From a virus (Duplodnaviria > Caudoviricetes): a DNA stretch of 64,000 nt. The notes under the pieces were generated by a model. That model was not told the DNA's origin and did not search any database. It saw only the letters and a program-made list of their open reading frames with translations. Every line of letters starts with the position of its first letter. Position 1 is the first letter of the stretch. A program made the position numbers and the translations under genes. The stretch covers positions 764-64,763 of IMG/VR virus record IMGVR_UViG_3300046674_000204. The stretch is one strand, 5' to 3'. Shown piece after piece: positions 1-10,503 of the stretch.

Positions 1-277
1 TGATCGCATTCCCGCCGCCCTGATTGCGAGTGCAGGGAAGACCATAGATGATGCCGTGAGGCGTCTGGTTACCCTGCCCGTCGATCTGGTTGATCAGCGG
101 CTGCACATCGACTGTTGGCGCCGCCCCTATCCCACCGCCGTGGACCGCGATGATCTTGACCGGAACCGACGTTCTGACTTGTCCGATGGCCTGCCGGATG
201 TGAAAGTCGCGGGCATTATAATCGGAGGAATCGTCAAACGTGCCCTTCTGGCCAAAGAACTTCTCTGGTGAGGCCAT
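1..277 (-). CDS. Baseplate spike / Gp138-like protein, N-terminal part (runs off window)
   Basis: Not in ORF track. Manual translation from ATG at 277: MASPEKFFGQKG...VPVKIIAVHGGGIGAAPTVDVQPLINQIDGQGNQTPHGIIYGLPCTRNQGGGNAI; follows the hub gene. Confidence 0.8.
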   Translation of the reverse strand, partial: MASPEKFFGQKGTFDDSSDYNARDFHIRQAIGQVRTSVPVKIIAVHGGGIGAAPTVDVQPLINQIDGQGNQTPHGIIYGLPCTRNQGGGNAI

Positions 278-278
278 G

Positions 279-1139
279 TCACTGCGTCCCTGTCGCGATC
301 AATTCGAGAAGCTGGAACCATTTCCCGCCCGGAGTTTGTGATTCCAGTTCGTAGAAGATGCTTTTGACCTGCCATTTCCCGTTGGCCGGGGTGAGATCGG
401 ACTTCACTTCGACCAAGGAGAGTTGCTTGACTGCTGGATTGAACAGGCATCGAACGATGACGATATTCTGGTTGAACATTGGATAACCGACGAGGCCAGT
501 TTCGGGCGAGATCAAGATGGCATCGCCCTGCCGAGGTTGACCTCGAGGAGAGATCACCATCTTGTTCGGCTCAAAGATCAGGTCGAAATTGCCGTGGCGC
601 GCGATCGCCATGGCTTGCGTCCAGGCCGTCCCGCCGAAATATGGGTTCGATAGCTTGACGTTGACGCCATTGTTCTCGAAGGCAAAGCCCATCTGCTTTG
701 CAAGGTTCCCCATCATGCCGCCGGCGTCTGCTGACCCCTTGATACTGAGCGCTGGGACTGGTTTGACTGCTTGGAAGGGTCCAGGGGACGCTTCTACTCG
801 AAATGCGACCTGCGGCATGCTCTGAGCGTCTACGAAGGCAGAAAAGATCGTGCCGCCAAAGACAAGCGTCATGCCCGTTTCATCGTCGCCGGCCTCGACT
901 GCGATGTTGTTGAAATAGCGGGCGTTGGCCTGCGTTCCGACCGTCGATAGCTGGTTCATCAGCGATAGAGGCAGGCCGTAAACCGCGAGGCGCATGGTAT
1001 TGCTGGACACGCCGCCTGTCGCATCTATGTTGGCTGACGCTCGCAGCCCAGTCACCGTGGCCGTGTTATTTTTGCCACTTCCGAAACTTCCGTTTGCCAA
1101 ATTGAACTGGATCGTCAGTTTTTTCTCGGTAAACGACAT
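279..1139 (-). CDS. Baseplate hub protein
   Basis: 286 aa with ISPETGLVGYP motif; lies between TMP-downstream genes and the spike. Confidence 0.75.
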   Translation of the reverse strand: MSFTEKKLTIQFNLANGSFGSGKNNTATVTGLRASANIDATGGVSSNTMRLAVYGLPLSLMNQLSTVGTQANARYFNNIAVEAGDDETGMTLVFGGTIFSAFVDAQSMPQVAFRVEASPGPFQAVKPVPALSIKGSADAGGMMGNLAKQMGFAFENNGVNVKLSNPYFGGTAWTQAMAIARHGNFDLIFEPNKMVISPRGQPRQGDAILISPETGLVGYPMFNQNIVIVRCLFNPAVKQLSLVEVKSDLTPANGKWQVKSIFYELESQTPGGKWFQLLELIATGTQ

Positions 1140-1194
1140 TGGCGCGCGGTTCCCGCATCTTGTTTACGGCGCGATGTGAGCGCATGTTTCTGTT

Positions 1195-1596
1195 ATGTTC
1201 ATAGCGCCCTTGGTCATAGCCGCCGTTCTCGTCATCGCGTTTCCGCGTCTCATGAGATTTCTTTTGGGCTTGCTGGTGTTTGGGGCACTGTTTGTTGTGG
1301 CGTCTTGCATCGACCATGCCCGGGCTCAGGGCATGAGTACCGAGGATCACGAGACATTGATCAGGTATGCGGGCTACTTCTCGAATTGCGCTAAAGGCAA
1401 CGCATTCAACGAGAGAGACAAGATCCACGAGCTAAAGATGCTTGGCGGCAACGCAGAGGCAACGCTTATTCTTGTCTGCAAACCCGCTTCAGACGGTTAC
1501 CTCTATTGGTGCCAGAAGACAGGCCGAGACGAGAAGAGCTGCTATGGCGATCTTGGACTTATGGCGACAGACGTTCTGCGGCAAACGGGCAACTAA
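1195..1596 (+). CDS. Membrane/exported moron protein, antisense to the baseplate operon
   Basis: Two N-terminal hydrophobic segments then a Cys-containing soluble domain; fills the gap between two minus-strand genes. Confidence 0.65.
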   Translation: MFIAPLVIAAVLVIAFPRLMRFLLGLLVFGALFVVASCIDHARAQGMSTEDHETLIRYAGYFSNCAKGNAFNERDKIHELKMLGGNAEATLILVCKPASDGYLYWCQKTGRDEKSCYGDLGLMATDVLRQTGN

Positions 1597-1901
1597 GCCG
1601 CCGACAGCTCCTCTGCCGTGAGATACGTCAGAAAGAACCGAGTACCCAATCCGGTATAGATCGGGTCATCGCTGCCTTGCATATCCACAAAAGCCAGATC
1701 ACCCGAGAACCCGAGATAGTCCGACCGGACAATTCTGTTTTGGTTCTCGGCAATTACCCCACCGATGATCAGCACGTTCTCAACCAGAACGTCTATGAAC
1801 AGGCCGTTATAGGTCTGGTAGACATTCAACTGCGTGACTTGGTCACTCAATGTCACCGTCAACGTCTGGTTCGGTATTGCTTGTAGCGGAACGATCAGCA
1901 T
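1593..1901 (-). CDS. Small baseplate protein (plug-like)
   Basis: 102 aa, VPLQAIPNQTL start and GDLAFVDMQGSDDPIYTGLGTRF end; synteny. Confidence 0.7.
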   Translation of the reverse strand: MLIVPLQAIPNQTLTVTLSDQVTQLNVYQTYNGLFIDVLVENVLIIGGVIAENQNRIVRSDYLGFSGDLAFVDMQGSDDPIYTGLGTRFFLTYLTAEELSAA

Positions 1902-1906
1902 ATGCC

Positions 1907-2548
1907 CTACCCCGCCAATCGCCCACCAGAGGACCGTATAGCGCCGGCCTGCGCCGCTTGAGCCGATGTAGCCGTCGCCGTCTGAACCGTGCCACCGTTC
2001 ACCTGTGTGGCCGCTGTTGGGCTTGCAGTGTTTGACATCGCCTGCCCCCCGGTTTCCCGAACCTCTTCCGTCCAGACATCAACGGAAAGCAGCCCGACGC
2101 CATTGGTAGCTGTCTGGCTGTAATCGTAGTGGTTGATGTTCACGCTGGCATAGATCGCGATCGGCGTCACGATAGTGTAAAAATTCAGATCCCCAGCGAT
2201 GGCTGCGATGGAGGACAACAGGGTTTGCTTGTTTGCCTCCGATCCGCCGGCGGTAAACCGAAATCTACCGTCGAATGGGATCTGCACCTTGTTATAGCTG
2301 CCGAACGCGCCCTTCTCGACGGGATAATCCGAAATCGCCCATTGCTGCCTGTAGTCGAAACTCACTACATTGTCAGCCAACACGACCGGTGATCCGCCGA
2401 GATAGATGCCCCATGGCTGCTGTTGAAAGCCACCAGAGAACAGAGAAGTGGCGTCTTGCGTGAGCAGCGATATGACCTGGCCAATGCTGCTGGCAAACAG
2501 GACAGACGGCACCCCCGGAACATTGGGAACGTTGACCGGGAATGCCAT
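1907..2548 (-). CDS. Baseplate / tail-tube initiator (Dit-like) protein
   Basis: ISDYPVEKGAFGSYNKVQIP motif; directly after tape measure. Confidence 0.7.
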   Translation of the reverse strand: MAFPVNVPNVPGVPSVLFASSIGQVISLLTQDATSLFSGGFQQQPWGIYLGGSPVVLADNVVSFDYRQQWAISDYPVEKGAFGSYNKVQIPFDGRFRFTAGGSEANKQTLLSSIAAIAGDLNFYTIVTPIAIYASVNINHYDYSQTATNGVGLLSVDVWTEEVRETGGQAMSNTASPTAATQVNGGTVQTATATSAQAAQAGAIRSSGGRLAG

Positions 2549-4731
2549 TAGCGAGGTCCATAGTTTGCTGTTGCAGCCACTGTCGAGCGATAGAGGGCAT
2601 CAGTCGCCCGGTCAGCGATGCCTTGGGCATCCTTTGCTTGGGGGGCGTTGATGTTCATGTTGCCGATGCTGACGTTGTGCGACGATGTGCTGCTGGTCGA
2701 TCGGTTGTCGTTTGAGATGCTGGACAAGGATGCGGACACACCGGACCCGGTTGGTACATTCAAACCAGTGGGTTGATAACCTCGAAGATAATTGGCGGCT
2801 TGTGCCGATCTTCCTCGCTGGATAGGTCCCCTATATCCCTCGAACCGTTTGCCGATAGCATCGGCCTGCGAAAGATCAGTCTGCTTCTTCCAATTGGGGA
2901 TCATTTCTTCTGCCTCAGTGGCGAAGTAATCAACCTGTGTGTCGAAATCCTTCCAGTCGTTGCCTCGCAATTTTGCAAATTGCTTCAGGCGCGCTAGACG
3001 ACTCCTATTCCATTGGAAAAGTCCCCAAGAACCACCCGGAACTTGGGGGTCGCCCATGGTACCAGAACGAAAGCCTGATTCAGCATGGGCATTGCCGGCC
3101 GCTATTGCAGCCGCTGCCTTTGACCACCCGTGTTGATTAACCAGCCTGTCCATTAGACGCTTGGCAGACCCGGTTACCTTCCCAGACGGCGTTCCATTTG
3201 GGAGACCGGAATCGTCTATATCAAGGGCACTAGACCGTCCCCCTGTGGACCCCGTGGCATTCGCCGCTCCACCGAACAGAGCCCGCGCGGCGCCGCCAAT
3301 AGCGTTTCCAACGCTTTCTAGGAAACCGCCACCGGATGGCTGCTGCTGTAGAGCGACCGGCAACGGATTACTCTTGGAAACAGGCCTGCCATCAATCTTG
3401 GTGTCGCCATTCAAGAAGGCATCGAGCGCGCCATCTCGGCCGGAGCCGAGGGTGGAAGCACCAAGGGACGGGTTGTTCTGCAGCGCATCGGCGTGACCGC
3501 TTGCATCCGTTGGTTTACGGCCAAAGATCATGTCCCAGAGCGAACGATCAGATTTCTTGATCGTCTTCATGTCCGGTGCTGGCGCAGTGTCAGTCAACAT
3601 ATAGGCCGCTCCGGCGATGCCGAGCATCCGCGCTAGAGATGCGGACCCTGCACCCGCTGCGGCCCCACCAGCCGAACCACCACCCACGGTGGCGGCTAGG
3701 AGCCTGGCATTGGCAAGAACCTGAAGGAACTTAGCCCCGACCCAGAGGCCGAACAGAACCTCGACGGCTGTTGTGACCCCACCGATTGCATCAGCGACGT
3801 GCTTTGCCTCGGAGCCGAACTCCTTGAGGCCTTGACCCACCGCATTCCAATCGACGGCTTTCAGATAATCGGCGAACTTCTTGATCGCATCGACAATTCC
3901 GCTCTTGATCCAGTCCTGGTTCTTATCGACCCATGCCGTCATCTGCGTCAGCAGCTTGGCGATCTCTGGGCCGAGGGTATTCAGGATGGTGTTCGCCAGC
4001 GACACAGCGGTCTGCTGAAGCGTGTTCCACTTGTCCTGAAGGTCTTGCGCCGCCTTGATGGCATCGTTCGATGGCGACAGCTTCTTGATCTGATCGATGT
4101 AGGAGCCGATCGCAGCCCCATACTTGATCATGACGTTCGCGGTGCCGTCATCAATGCCCATACCTTGGGCGATGAAGTGAACCTGAGACGGATCTATCTG
4201 GTTCAACCGCTGGATAGCTGCCGACGTGTCCTGAAGGAACTTGTCTACGCCGTGTTCACGGTCGATGTTCAGACCGGTCAGAGCCTGGAGCTGCGAGTAT
4301 TCCTTCGGAAGGGCCTGACCATTGCGATGCAGATCATAGAGCGCCTTGCCGATGCGCTCGAAAGTGGCGGCTGTTTGCTCTGAAGAGCCGCCCACACGTT
4401 CTGCGGCGGCGCCCCATGCATACAGGGTCTGCGGCGACGTGTTCAGGTTGCGCGAGAACCGGCCGAGAGCTGCATCGGCACCAATCAGATCACCGATGAA
4501 TTCCTTTATGCCACGAGCGCCGACAAAGACGGCATAGAGACCGAGGACTTCGCGCGTGACTTTGCTGATGCTATCAGCGGCCTTCTTTGAGGCCTCTTCG
4601 ATGCCCTTGCCGGACTTCTCCGCCTCCTGCTTGGTCTTGAGGAACGCGTTGGCGGCTTGCTTCTGCCCCTTGTCGAACTGGGTGGGATCGAGGCCGAGCG
4701 TGATAATGAGGCTGTCGATTACGGTCGCCAA
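2548..4731 (-). CDS. Tape measure protein with C-terminal tail-lysozyme domain
   Basis: 727 aa, helical and Ala-rich, MATVIDSLIITLGLD start; GNAHAESG...GLFQWN lysozyme-like motif near the C-terminus. Confidence 0.85.
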   Translation of the reverse strand: MATVIDSLIITLGLDPTQFDKGQKQAANAFLKTKQEAEKSGKGIEEASKKAADSISKVTREVLGLYAVFVGARGIKEFIGDLIGADAALGRFSRNLNTSPQTLYAWGAAAERVGGSSEQTAATFERIGKALYDLHRNGQALPKEYSQLQALTGLNIDREHGVDKFLQDTSAAIQRLNQIDPSQVHFIAQGMGIDDGTANVMIKYGAAIGSYIDQIKKLSPSNDAIKAAQDLQDKWNTLQQTAVSLANTILNTLGPEIAKLLTQMTAWVDKNQDWIKSGIVDAIKKFADYLKAVDWNAVGQGLKEFGSEAKHVADAIGGVTTAVEVLFGLWVGAKFLQVLANARLLAATVGGGSAGGAAAGAGSASLARMLGIAGAAYMLTDTAPAPDMKTIKKSDRSLWDMIFGRKPTDASGHADALQNNPSLGASTLGSGRDGALDAFLNGDTKIDGRPVSKSNPLPVALQQQPSGGGFLESVGNAIGGAARALFGGAANATGSTGGRSSALDIDDSGLPNGTPSGKVTGSAKRLMDRLVNQHGWSKAAAAIAAGNAHAESGFRSGTMGDPQVPGGSWGLFQWNRSRLARLKQFAKLRGNDWKDFDTQVDYFATEAEEMIPNWKKQTDLSQADAIGKRFEGYRGPIQRGRSAQAANYLRGYQPTGLNVPTGSGVSASLSSISNDNRSTSSTSSHNVSIGNMNINAPQAKDAQGIADRATDALYRSTVAATANYGPR

Positions 4732-4734
4732 GGA

Positions 4735-4983
4735 TCAGCCTCCTTTATTCTTCTGGTACTCATGGATCAGGCGGGTGTTGTGGCCGTCAACCGTGGCCAC
4801 TTCGATGATGTCGTAGACGTCTTCGACCGAGAGATATTCGTCCATATCCCTCAGCGCGGTTGTTTTGCTCGGGGAGAGCGAGAGAACTGTACCGATGGAT
4901 CTTGGGAGGTTGGGGTATTCGAGGAGTTCAATGCCGAGGCGCCCGAGGTTGACGTCGATGGGCTGGCGGCCTGAGAAAAACCC
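4735..4983 (-). CDS. Tail assembly chaperone frameshift extension (GT-like)
   Basis: -1 frame opening at G GGT TTT continues FFSGRQPIDV...YLSVEDVYDIIEV...KNKGG and stops just before the TMP start. Confidence 0.7.
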   Translation of the reverse strand, partial: GFFSGRQPIDVNLGRLGIELLEYPNLPRSIGTVLSLSPSKTTALRDMDEYLSVEDVYDIIEVATVDGHNTRLIHEYQKNKGG

Positions 4984-5354
4984 AGATGGAGATTCAGCAC
5001 CTCCTTGCGGAGCTGAAACAGGGTTTTGACTTCTTCGATGTCGTCTTCGAACAAATTTCGAACGATGGCTGGATTTTCCGGGTTCGGCTTGATGCTGATG
5101 CATTCCAGCATCTCATCCAGAAGAGGTTCGGCGTCTTCGAAGTGAAGCTTCGTCAATGCTTCCAGACCCAGGATGGCGAGTGCCTGCATACCGCCGGCGC
5201 CAACCTGTCCGATGTCGACGCCAGATTTAGCCACGGCGAGAAATGCGCGTGTAGCCCACTTCTCTGCCCGAAGAGCCGGCATCTCCCGGATATGGAAGAC
5301 CTTCCCCAGATCTCGGCCTGTCTCCGTGATCTTGATATCGATTTCCTTACGCAA
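4851..5354 (-). CDS. Tail assembly chaperone (G-like)
   Basis: GRDLGKVFHIREMPA...DDIEEVKTLFQLRKEV; between tube and TMP; TTG start with AGGAGG RBS. Confidence 0.8.
   Translation of the reverse strand: MRKEIDIKITETGRDLGKVFHIREMPALRAEKWATRAFLAVAKSGVDIGQVGAGGMQALAILGLEALTKLHFEDAEPLLDEMLECISIKPNPENPAIVRNLFEDDIEEVKTLFQLRKEVLNLHLGFSQAASPSTSTSGASALNSSNTPTSQDPSVQFSRSPRAKQPR
4977..4983 (-). promoter_or_regulatory. -1 ribosomal frameshift slippery heptamer G GGU UUU
   Basis: X XXY YYZ heptamer in the chaperone frame (ctg ggt ttt); a -1 shift joins the 4735-ending frame. Confidence 0.7.
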
Positions 5355-5365
5355 AGATCACCTCC

Positions 5366-5797
5366 TTAAACCGGTACAGCAAAGCAGCTTTCCCAGCGGA
5401 CCATGTACCGGCGAGGCTGAAGAATGCGACCAGCGGCCGGAGCCGGCGGAAGACTGATCAGGAACCCCTTGGTCAACACGTAGGATCGACCAACAGAGGT
5501 GAGCGTCGTTTCGCCGTTGGCGATCAGCACATCCTTGATCTGCTTCTGTGTGGCCGCCCAAGTCTCGAAGATCGTATTCGAGTTGGAGTCGGCCTGCAGA
5601 TCAAACGTCTGTTCCACCGGGTTATAGACAAAGCCACCGGACAGGATGCCATCGACACCCATGGCGGTCTGGACGACCTCCTGAACCGCCATGTCATAGA
5701 TGTTGTCAGCCGAGAAGCCTTGAAGCTGCTGGGGCGTGTTGAACAACCCCGGAATGGTAAGCGTAATGATCGCGTTTGCCGAGGTGATGCTCGCCAT
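5366..5797 (-). CDS. Tail tube protein (DUF3277-like)
   Basis: 143 aa, ITSANA...LQGFSAD...MGVDG...LQADSNS; downstream of sheath. Confidence 0.8.
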   Translation of the reverse strand: MASITSANAIITLTIPGLFNTPQQLQGFSADNIYDMAVQEVVQTAMGVDGILSGGFVYNPVEQTFDLQADSNSNTIFETWAATQKQIKDVLIANGETTLTSVGRSYVLTKGFLISLPPAPAAGRILQPRRYMVRWESCFAVPV

Positions 5798-5806
5798 GAC
5801 GGTCTC

Positions 5807-6501
5807 CTATAGAGTGAACATGTCTGGCCAATAGCGATTGGACTTCGCTTGATTTTCCGAGCCAGGGATGACTTGAAGATTGGTGTGGACGCGCAGACCG
5901 CAAACCCATTTGGATTGGAGCGGGACGATGTGATCCACGTGATACTTGATGCCGGTTTCTTCAGAAAGACGGATGGCCTCTGCATAGAATGCAGTGATTT
6001 TCTCTTGATCCGCCCATGGAGGAGTAGCGCGGATCTTCGCAGCAATTCGTTTTGCCACCAATGCCTGGCATCGGGCTTTGTTCTGACGCTTCCATTCGCG
6101 AGCCTGCGCTAGTTCCTGCTCGCGTTTAAGTTCATATTGATCACGGCGGTATTGACGGCGATATTCTTTGTTCTCTTCAGCCCAAGCATGCCGCATTTCG
6201 GCGAACTGCTCTTTATTCGCTTCGCGCCACGCCTTTGTCGTTTCTTTGCATTGTTCAGGATTTTCATCACGCCACGACTGAGCGCGAGCTTTTCGCGTTC
6301 ACGATTTGCGGCATAGAAATCCTTATTGCGCGCCGTTACGCGATCAGGATGCGCCTCAACATACCGCTGCTGCGCTCGCTTTAGACTTTGCTTTTTTCGT
6401 ATGCCGGCACATGGCCGGCAATACTTCGATGTTTTGCCGAATTCGGTTTTAGGTTTTTCTTCCTGGCATTCGGCACATTTTTTAATGGGCCCGAGTAGCA
6501 T
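5807..6501 (-). pseudogene. HNH endonuclease split by a frameshift
   Basis: ORF 6109-6501 (CxxC...CxxC) and ORF 5807-6196 (TPPWAD...HVDHIVPL...VCGL...NLQVI...N) join in one frame near 6290. Confidence 0.75.
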
Positions 6502-8438
6502 TACTGGACCAAGATGCTCGCCAGCTCAATTTTTTGCACTGCCTGACCATCGAGATACCAGAACGAAATCGGCGGGCTCTGTCTGGCCTGACGGACCTGT
6601 GGGGTGGCATCCTTGACTTGCAGATACCAACCCTGGAGCTGAAGGACGTCGCTGATCTTGGTGCCGGCCGAGGAATTGACTTCCGCGACCTGCGCGTTGG
6701 AAAGCGTGACGCCGACGCGGATTGCTCCGAAATTCAGAGCCGCATTGATCGGATCGGCACAAGCCGCCTTGATCAGGGCATAACCAGCCGTGTTGTATGG
6801 AATGGAGTTCACGTTCACCAGAAGCTCCATCAATGCCAATTGCAGAGCATTGTTGAGCCAGATCTGGTTGACGTAGCTGTCCAGCCACTGGAACGAGCCA
6901 GACACGCTGCCGGTCTGGAATTCGAGGAACTGCTGGTTCGCCGTCGCATAGGCACCGTAGAAGTTATAGCCGTTGGCGATGAGGTTGTTGGCAACTGTCG
7001 CCGTGGTGACATCGGCCACCAAGCCATCCTGGCCACGGAAAGCGAAGGTGATCCGGCCATTCGTAGCGTCGAAGTCGATCGAGGCGGCTGTTCCGCAGAC
7101 GAAAGCAGCCTTGTCGTTCGGACCCCATACCGCCGCAGTGCCGTTGAGATTGGCCGCATCGATGATGTTGCTGAAGCTCGAGGTGGCATCATTGCTTTCG
7201 GTCGGGGTGACGTCCTGATCCCAAGCCACGTAGCACCAGCGCTTGTTCTGATCATTGGTCCATTCGGCAAAGGCCTGTTTCTGGACGCTTCCTGATCCGT
7301 CATCCGGGTCAAAGATAGTCATGAACGTCGCCCAGTTCTGGGTGATCTGAGTGATGTCGGTCATGAAGGCGGCTGGAACGGATGCTGCCGCACCTTGAGA
7401 CAGAATTGCGCCGGTTGCCTGGGTGAGGAAGATCAGGGCGGCGAGCGTACCGGTGGCGAAGGCAATGGTCGAAGACGATCCACGGACACCAGACGTGACG
7501 ACGAACCCGCCGGAGACGGTGTCATAGCTGACGTCCAGACCCGAGCCGGTGGCGTTCAGAGTTCCGCTCGTGACGGTCTGGGTTGTCTGAACGAAATAGG
7601 TCCCGAGCAGGCCTGTGCCTGTTCCGAGGCCGGTAATTATCGTGCCTGCCGCCGTGGTGCCACCAGAAAGGGTTTGCCCGACCGAGAGAGTACCAGAGGC
7701 AACAGCGGTGACGGTCAGTGTGCCATAGGAGGCAGTGATGGTCTCACTGACGACGACCTGCGTCTTCGACACGGCATAGCTGCCAATGCCGCCCGTGGTC
7801 CCATCGATCTGGGAATCGATCTGTGTCCCGGCCGTGACGCCAGTGCCAGCGATAATCGCACCCGGCACCAGCGTTCCAGACGATACGGCGGTGACATACA
7901 TCACGTTGCCGGCGATGGAAGCCGTAACCGAGGCCGTTCCTGCGGCGATGGACCCGGTGAAGGTCGCCGCGGCCGGAAGGCTGGTATTCAGGCCGGTCTT
8001 GATCAGTGCGGCGGCAGCGGAATAGCTGGTGGCACTGGACAGATTGATACTTGCCGCGCTGAAGGTATAGCCATCGACCACGACCGAGAGCGACCCGCTC
8101 AAACCCTGTAGCTGAGGAATGGTCAGCCCGTTGACCGCGCCACCACGAAGGTAAGCCGCGACCGCCGCCGAGTTGTATTGCGCGAATAGGATCGTGCTCG
8201 GCTTCTGCGTCGAATTGTTGAAGCCGTCGAAATAGACGTTCGCGATCTCAACTTCTGCGGCCGATGGGCCGAAGTAGTCAGAGACCGAGACGCCATCATT
8301 GGGGAACGAAAGCACCTGGCCGACAGGAACACGGGTGTTCTGGGTCAGGATCAATCCGTTCAGGACAAGCGCGCTTCCACCGGCACTGAGCACGTTCGGA
8401 ATTACAGAAACAAGTTGTGAGGCTGGGATCGTGGTCAA
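6501..8438 (-). CDS. Tail sheath protein (DUF3383-like) carrying two nested GTGTGGxGTY modules
   Basis: TTG start at 8438 with AAAGGA RBS; [30 protein letters not shown] and IPYN motifs. Confidence 0.85.
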   Translation of the reverse strand: MTTIPASQLVSVIPNVLSAGGSALVLNGLILTQNTRVPVGQVLSFPNDGVSVSDYFGPSAAEVEIANVYFDGFNNSTQKPSTILFAQYNSAAVAAYLRGGAVNGLTIPQLQGLSGSLSVVVDGYTFSAASINLSSATSYSAAAALIKTGLNTSLPAAATFTGSIAAGTASVTASIAGNVMYVTAVSSGTLVPGAIIAGTGVTAGTQIDSQIDGTTGGIGSYAVSKTQVVVSETITASYGTLTVTAVASGTLSVGQTLSGGTTAAGTIITGLGTGTGLLGTYFVQTTQTVTSGTLNATGSGLDVSYDTVSGGFVVTSGVRGSSSTIAFATGTLAALIFLTQATGAILSQGAAASVPAAFMTDITQITQNWATFMTIFDPDDGSGSVQKQAFAEWTNDQNKRWCYVAWDQDVTPTESNDATSSFSNIIDAANLNGTAAVWGPNDKAAFVCGTAASIDFDATNGRITFAFRGQDGLVADVTTATVANNLIANGYNFYGAYATANQQFLEFQTGSVSGSFQWLDSYVNQIWLNNALQLALMELLVNVNSIPYNTAGYALIKAACADPINAALNFGAIRVGVTLSNAQVAEVNSSAGTKISDVLQLQGWYLQVKDATPQVRQARQSPPISFWYLDGQAVQKIELASILVQ

Positions 8439-9274
8439 GTTGATGATCCTTTCAGAAGAGAATCGTTCACGACGACGTAGGCCAAGTGGGCAGCCACGGG
8501 GCAATCGAAGACGCCGATGTTGATGTGTTTGCCAGAAAATTTGGTTCTGGCTCGAAACTTCCCTTGGTGTCTTACGACGCCTTTCAACCCCAACCTGTTG
8601 TTGGATTGGGGGTTGAGATTTACTCTGTGAGCTACGCTCTTCTTCTCAAGCGTTTCTGGACTATCAGTCATGCCGGTCTTGGATTTGTTCCCAAGAGACG
8701 CCACGCTCAGTTTCACGCGTGTTTGGTCGCTCGGGGATATCCCGCGCTTTGAATTCCCAATGCTGATGCAATGAGCCTCGCTCAGCTTGACGCCGATCTT
8801 CTTGATGGAGATCTTTCCACGCGTTTCGTCTGAAACAGCATGCCCCATCCCACTAAGACTGATGTTTTGTTTATGCTCTTCTGAAAGGACTTTCCCAGAA
8901 TGAGCCTTGCTCATCAAAATGAGAGATTCAGGCTTATGCTTCTTCCCCTTAAGTGGCGGGGTGGATCCTTTTTGGCCTTCACGCCCGGCCATCCGAGCTA
9001 CTTCGTATTGCCATGACGAAATCATCGCCTTGCGGTTCCCTATCATACAACCGAGAGCCTTGAGCATCTTCTTGCGATCGATGCCTTCAGTGCACTGCGT
9101 CAGTAGCCAATGAGCGAGGAAATGCTTGCGCAGCGTCAGCCGAACCAAGTTCGACTTCTCATTTGTTCCGCCCACAGAGCGGGGAATTCTGTGGTGCTTT
9201 TCTGTGACGCCAGACACGTCGTCTTTCGCCGTTACCCCCAGGTACCAGCGGTAATACTTGTTCTCGATAAACAT
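8435..9274 (-). CDS. HNH homing endonuclease with NUMOD3 repeats and C-terminal AP2-like domain
   Basis: [12 protein letters not shown]...[14 protein letters not shown]; HSEExK repeats; KGV...[14 protein letters not shown]. Confidence 0.85.
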   Translation of the reverse strand: MFIENKYYRWYLGVTAKDDVSGVTEKHHRIPRSVGGTNEKSNLVRLTLRKHFLAHWLLTQCTEGIDRKKMLKALGCMIGNRKAMISSWQYEVARMAGREGQKGSTPPLKGKKHKPESLILMSKAHSGKVLSEEHKQNISLSGMGHAVSDETRGKISIKKIGVKLSEAHCISIGNSKRGISPSDQTRVKLSVASLGNKSKTGMTDSPETLEKKSVAHRVNLNPQSNNRLGLKGVVRHQGKFRARTKFSGKHINIGVFDCPVAAHLAYVVVNDSLLKGSST

Positions 9275-9280
9275 GAGGCC

Positions 9281-10213
9281 CTAGGCTGGATATTCAGCAT
9301 CGACATCGATCACATCGACATCGAGTTCATCGGCGAACTGCTGCGGAGCACGGATGACCTGGTTCGATTGCATCACTGCATCAACCACCCATCGGTTTTC
9401 GGTTTGGTTATTCTCGTTTTCGAACGGCAACTGCCGAGGATCACTCACATAAAGCGGCGTCACATCGAACCCGGATGCCTTGAAGGCTTGCACCGCGAAA
9501 TCATCACGGAACAAGGTAGAGATAGTCTGCGCGTTCTCGGAGCTATTCGGGCCATGCACATCCAACTGGACCGTGACCCGAGTAGGCTGAAGGAATATCT
9601 GGCCACCAGACGCCATCTTGCGGGACGGCACGGTCTGAGACGGCGTAACAATGTATGTCCCTACCCCGCCGGTTCCGGAGCCAAGAGCAACCACTTTCGT
9701 AAGAGATGCGACCCCAATCCCGAAGACGATCTGCCCGACGGCAAGCGTCCCCGATGCTACGGCGGAAACCGTCATGGCAGTTGCAGAGATGTCCGCGGTA
9801 AACGAGACGTCCTCGTAGGTATCCACGTTCGTTTCGAGACGTGTCTGCATGAACGGCGTCATAGTCACGAAATCGGGCACAGAAGGCTCAGGAACGCGAT
9901 TGTCTTGGGCCTGAACACATTCCACGCCGGTATACATCTTCGCGCCGGCGAGCGTCTGTGAGGCGCTGAGCGTATACGTTCCGACACCACCCGTCCCGGT
10001 CCCGAAGGCCGTAATCATCACGCCTGGAACAACACCTTCCCCTAGGACTGCGTCTCCGATTGACAGAGCCCCTTGAGTGATTGCTGAGACAGTCAGTGTC
10101 GTGCCGGCGATGGTCCCGGTGAACACGGCGTTGCCGCTCGGCAGAACAGCCAAGATGAACGATCTCAACGCAGTCAGGATATTCGACTGCGTCGGCGATG
10201 GGGAGAAATTCAC
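9281..10213 (-). CDS. Tail terminator / neck protein with two GTGTGGxGTY modules
   Basis: QAQDNRVPEP, VQLDVHGP, PLYVSDPRQLP and ENRW core interrupted by two repeat modules. Confidence 0.75.
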   Translation of the reverse strand: MNFSPSPTQSNILTALRSFILAVLPSGNAVFTGTIAGTTLTVSAITQGALSIGDAVLGEGVVPGVMITAFGTGTGGVGTYTLSASQTLAGAKMYTGVECVQAQDNRVPEPSVPDFVTMTPFMQTRLETNVDTYEDVSFTADISATAMTVSAVASGTLAVGQIVFGIGVASLTKVVALGSGTGGVGTYIVTPSQTVPSRKMASGGQIFLQPTRVTVQLDVHGPNSSENAQTISTLFRDDFAVQAFKASGFDVTPLYVSDPRQLPFENENNQTENRWVVDAVMQSNQVIRAPQQFADELDVDVIDVDAEYPA

Positions 10214-10491
10214 CCTGCGATCCTGTAGTAGGAGATATTCAGAACGGGCGATCCAGTCTCGGCAATGAACTGTATTTTAGAGAGAGGGCCGGAGTATTGC
10301 AGCGGCTCCCCTGTATTGGAGAGATGCATGCCAATCGAAGCCGTCGGAGCCGTGCCGTCATCCCTCCAACGCACCGCTGCCGTATCGACTGCGATAACCG
10401 CGAAATTGGCGCCAACTGGAACCGTCAAAGCCGTTGCCCCCGATAGGATAATCTGCTGATAGCCGAGCGCTGCAAACTGTTGGGCGAACAT
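10210..10491 (-). CDS. Small virion-region protein
   Basis: LGYQQI...VRWRDDGTAPTASIGM; coupled in operon. Confidence 0.65.
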   Translation of the reverse strand: MFAQQFAALGYQQIILSGATALTVPVGANFAVIAVDTAAVRWRDDGTAPTASIGMHLSNTGEPLQYSGPLSKIQFIAETGSPVLNISYYRIAG

Positions 10492-10503
10492 TGGTTTTCC
10501 TCG

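Noticed and set aside
1186-1200. Alphaproteobacterial LexA box (GTTT-N7-GTTC)
   Set aside because: One mismatch, single occurrence and overlapping a start codon; could easily be chance
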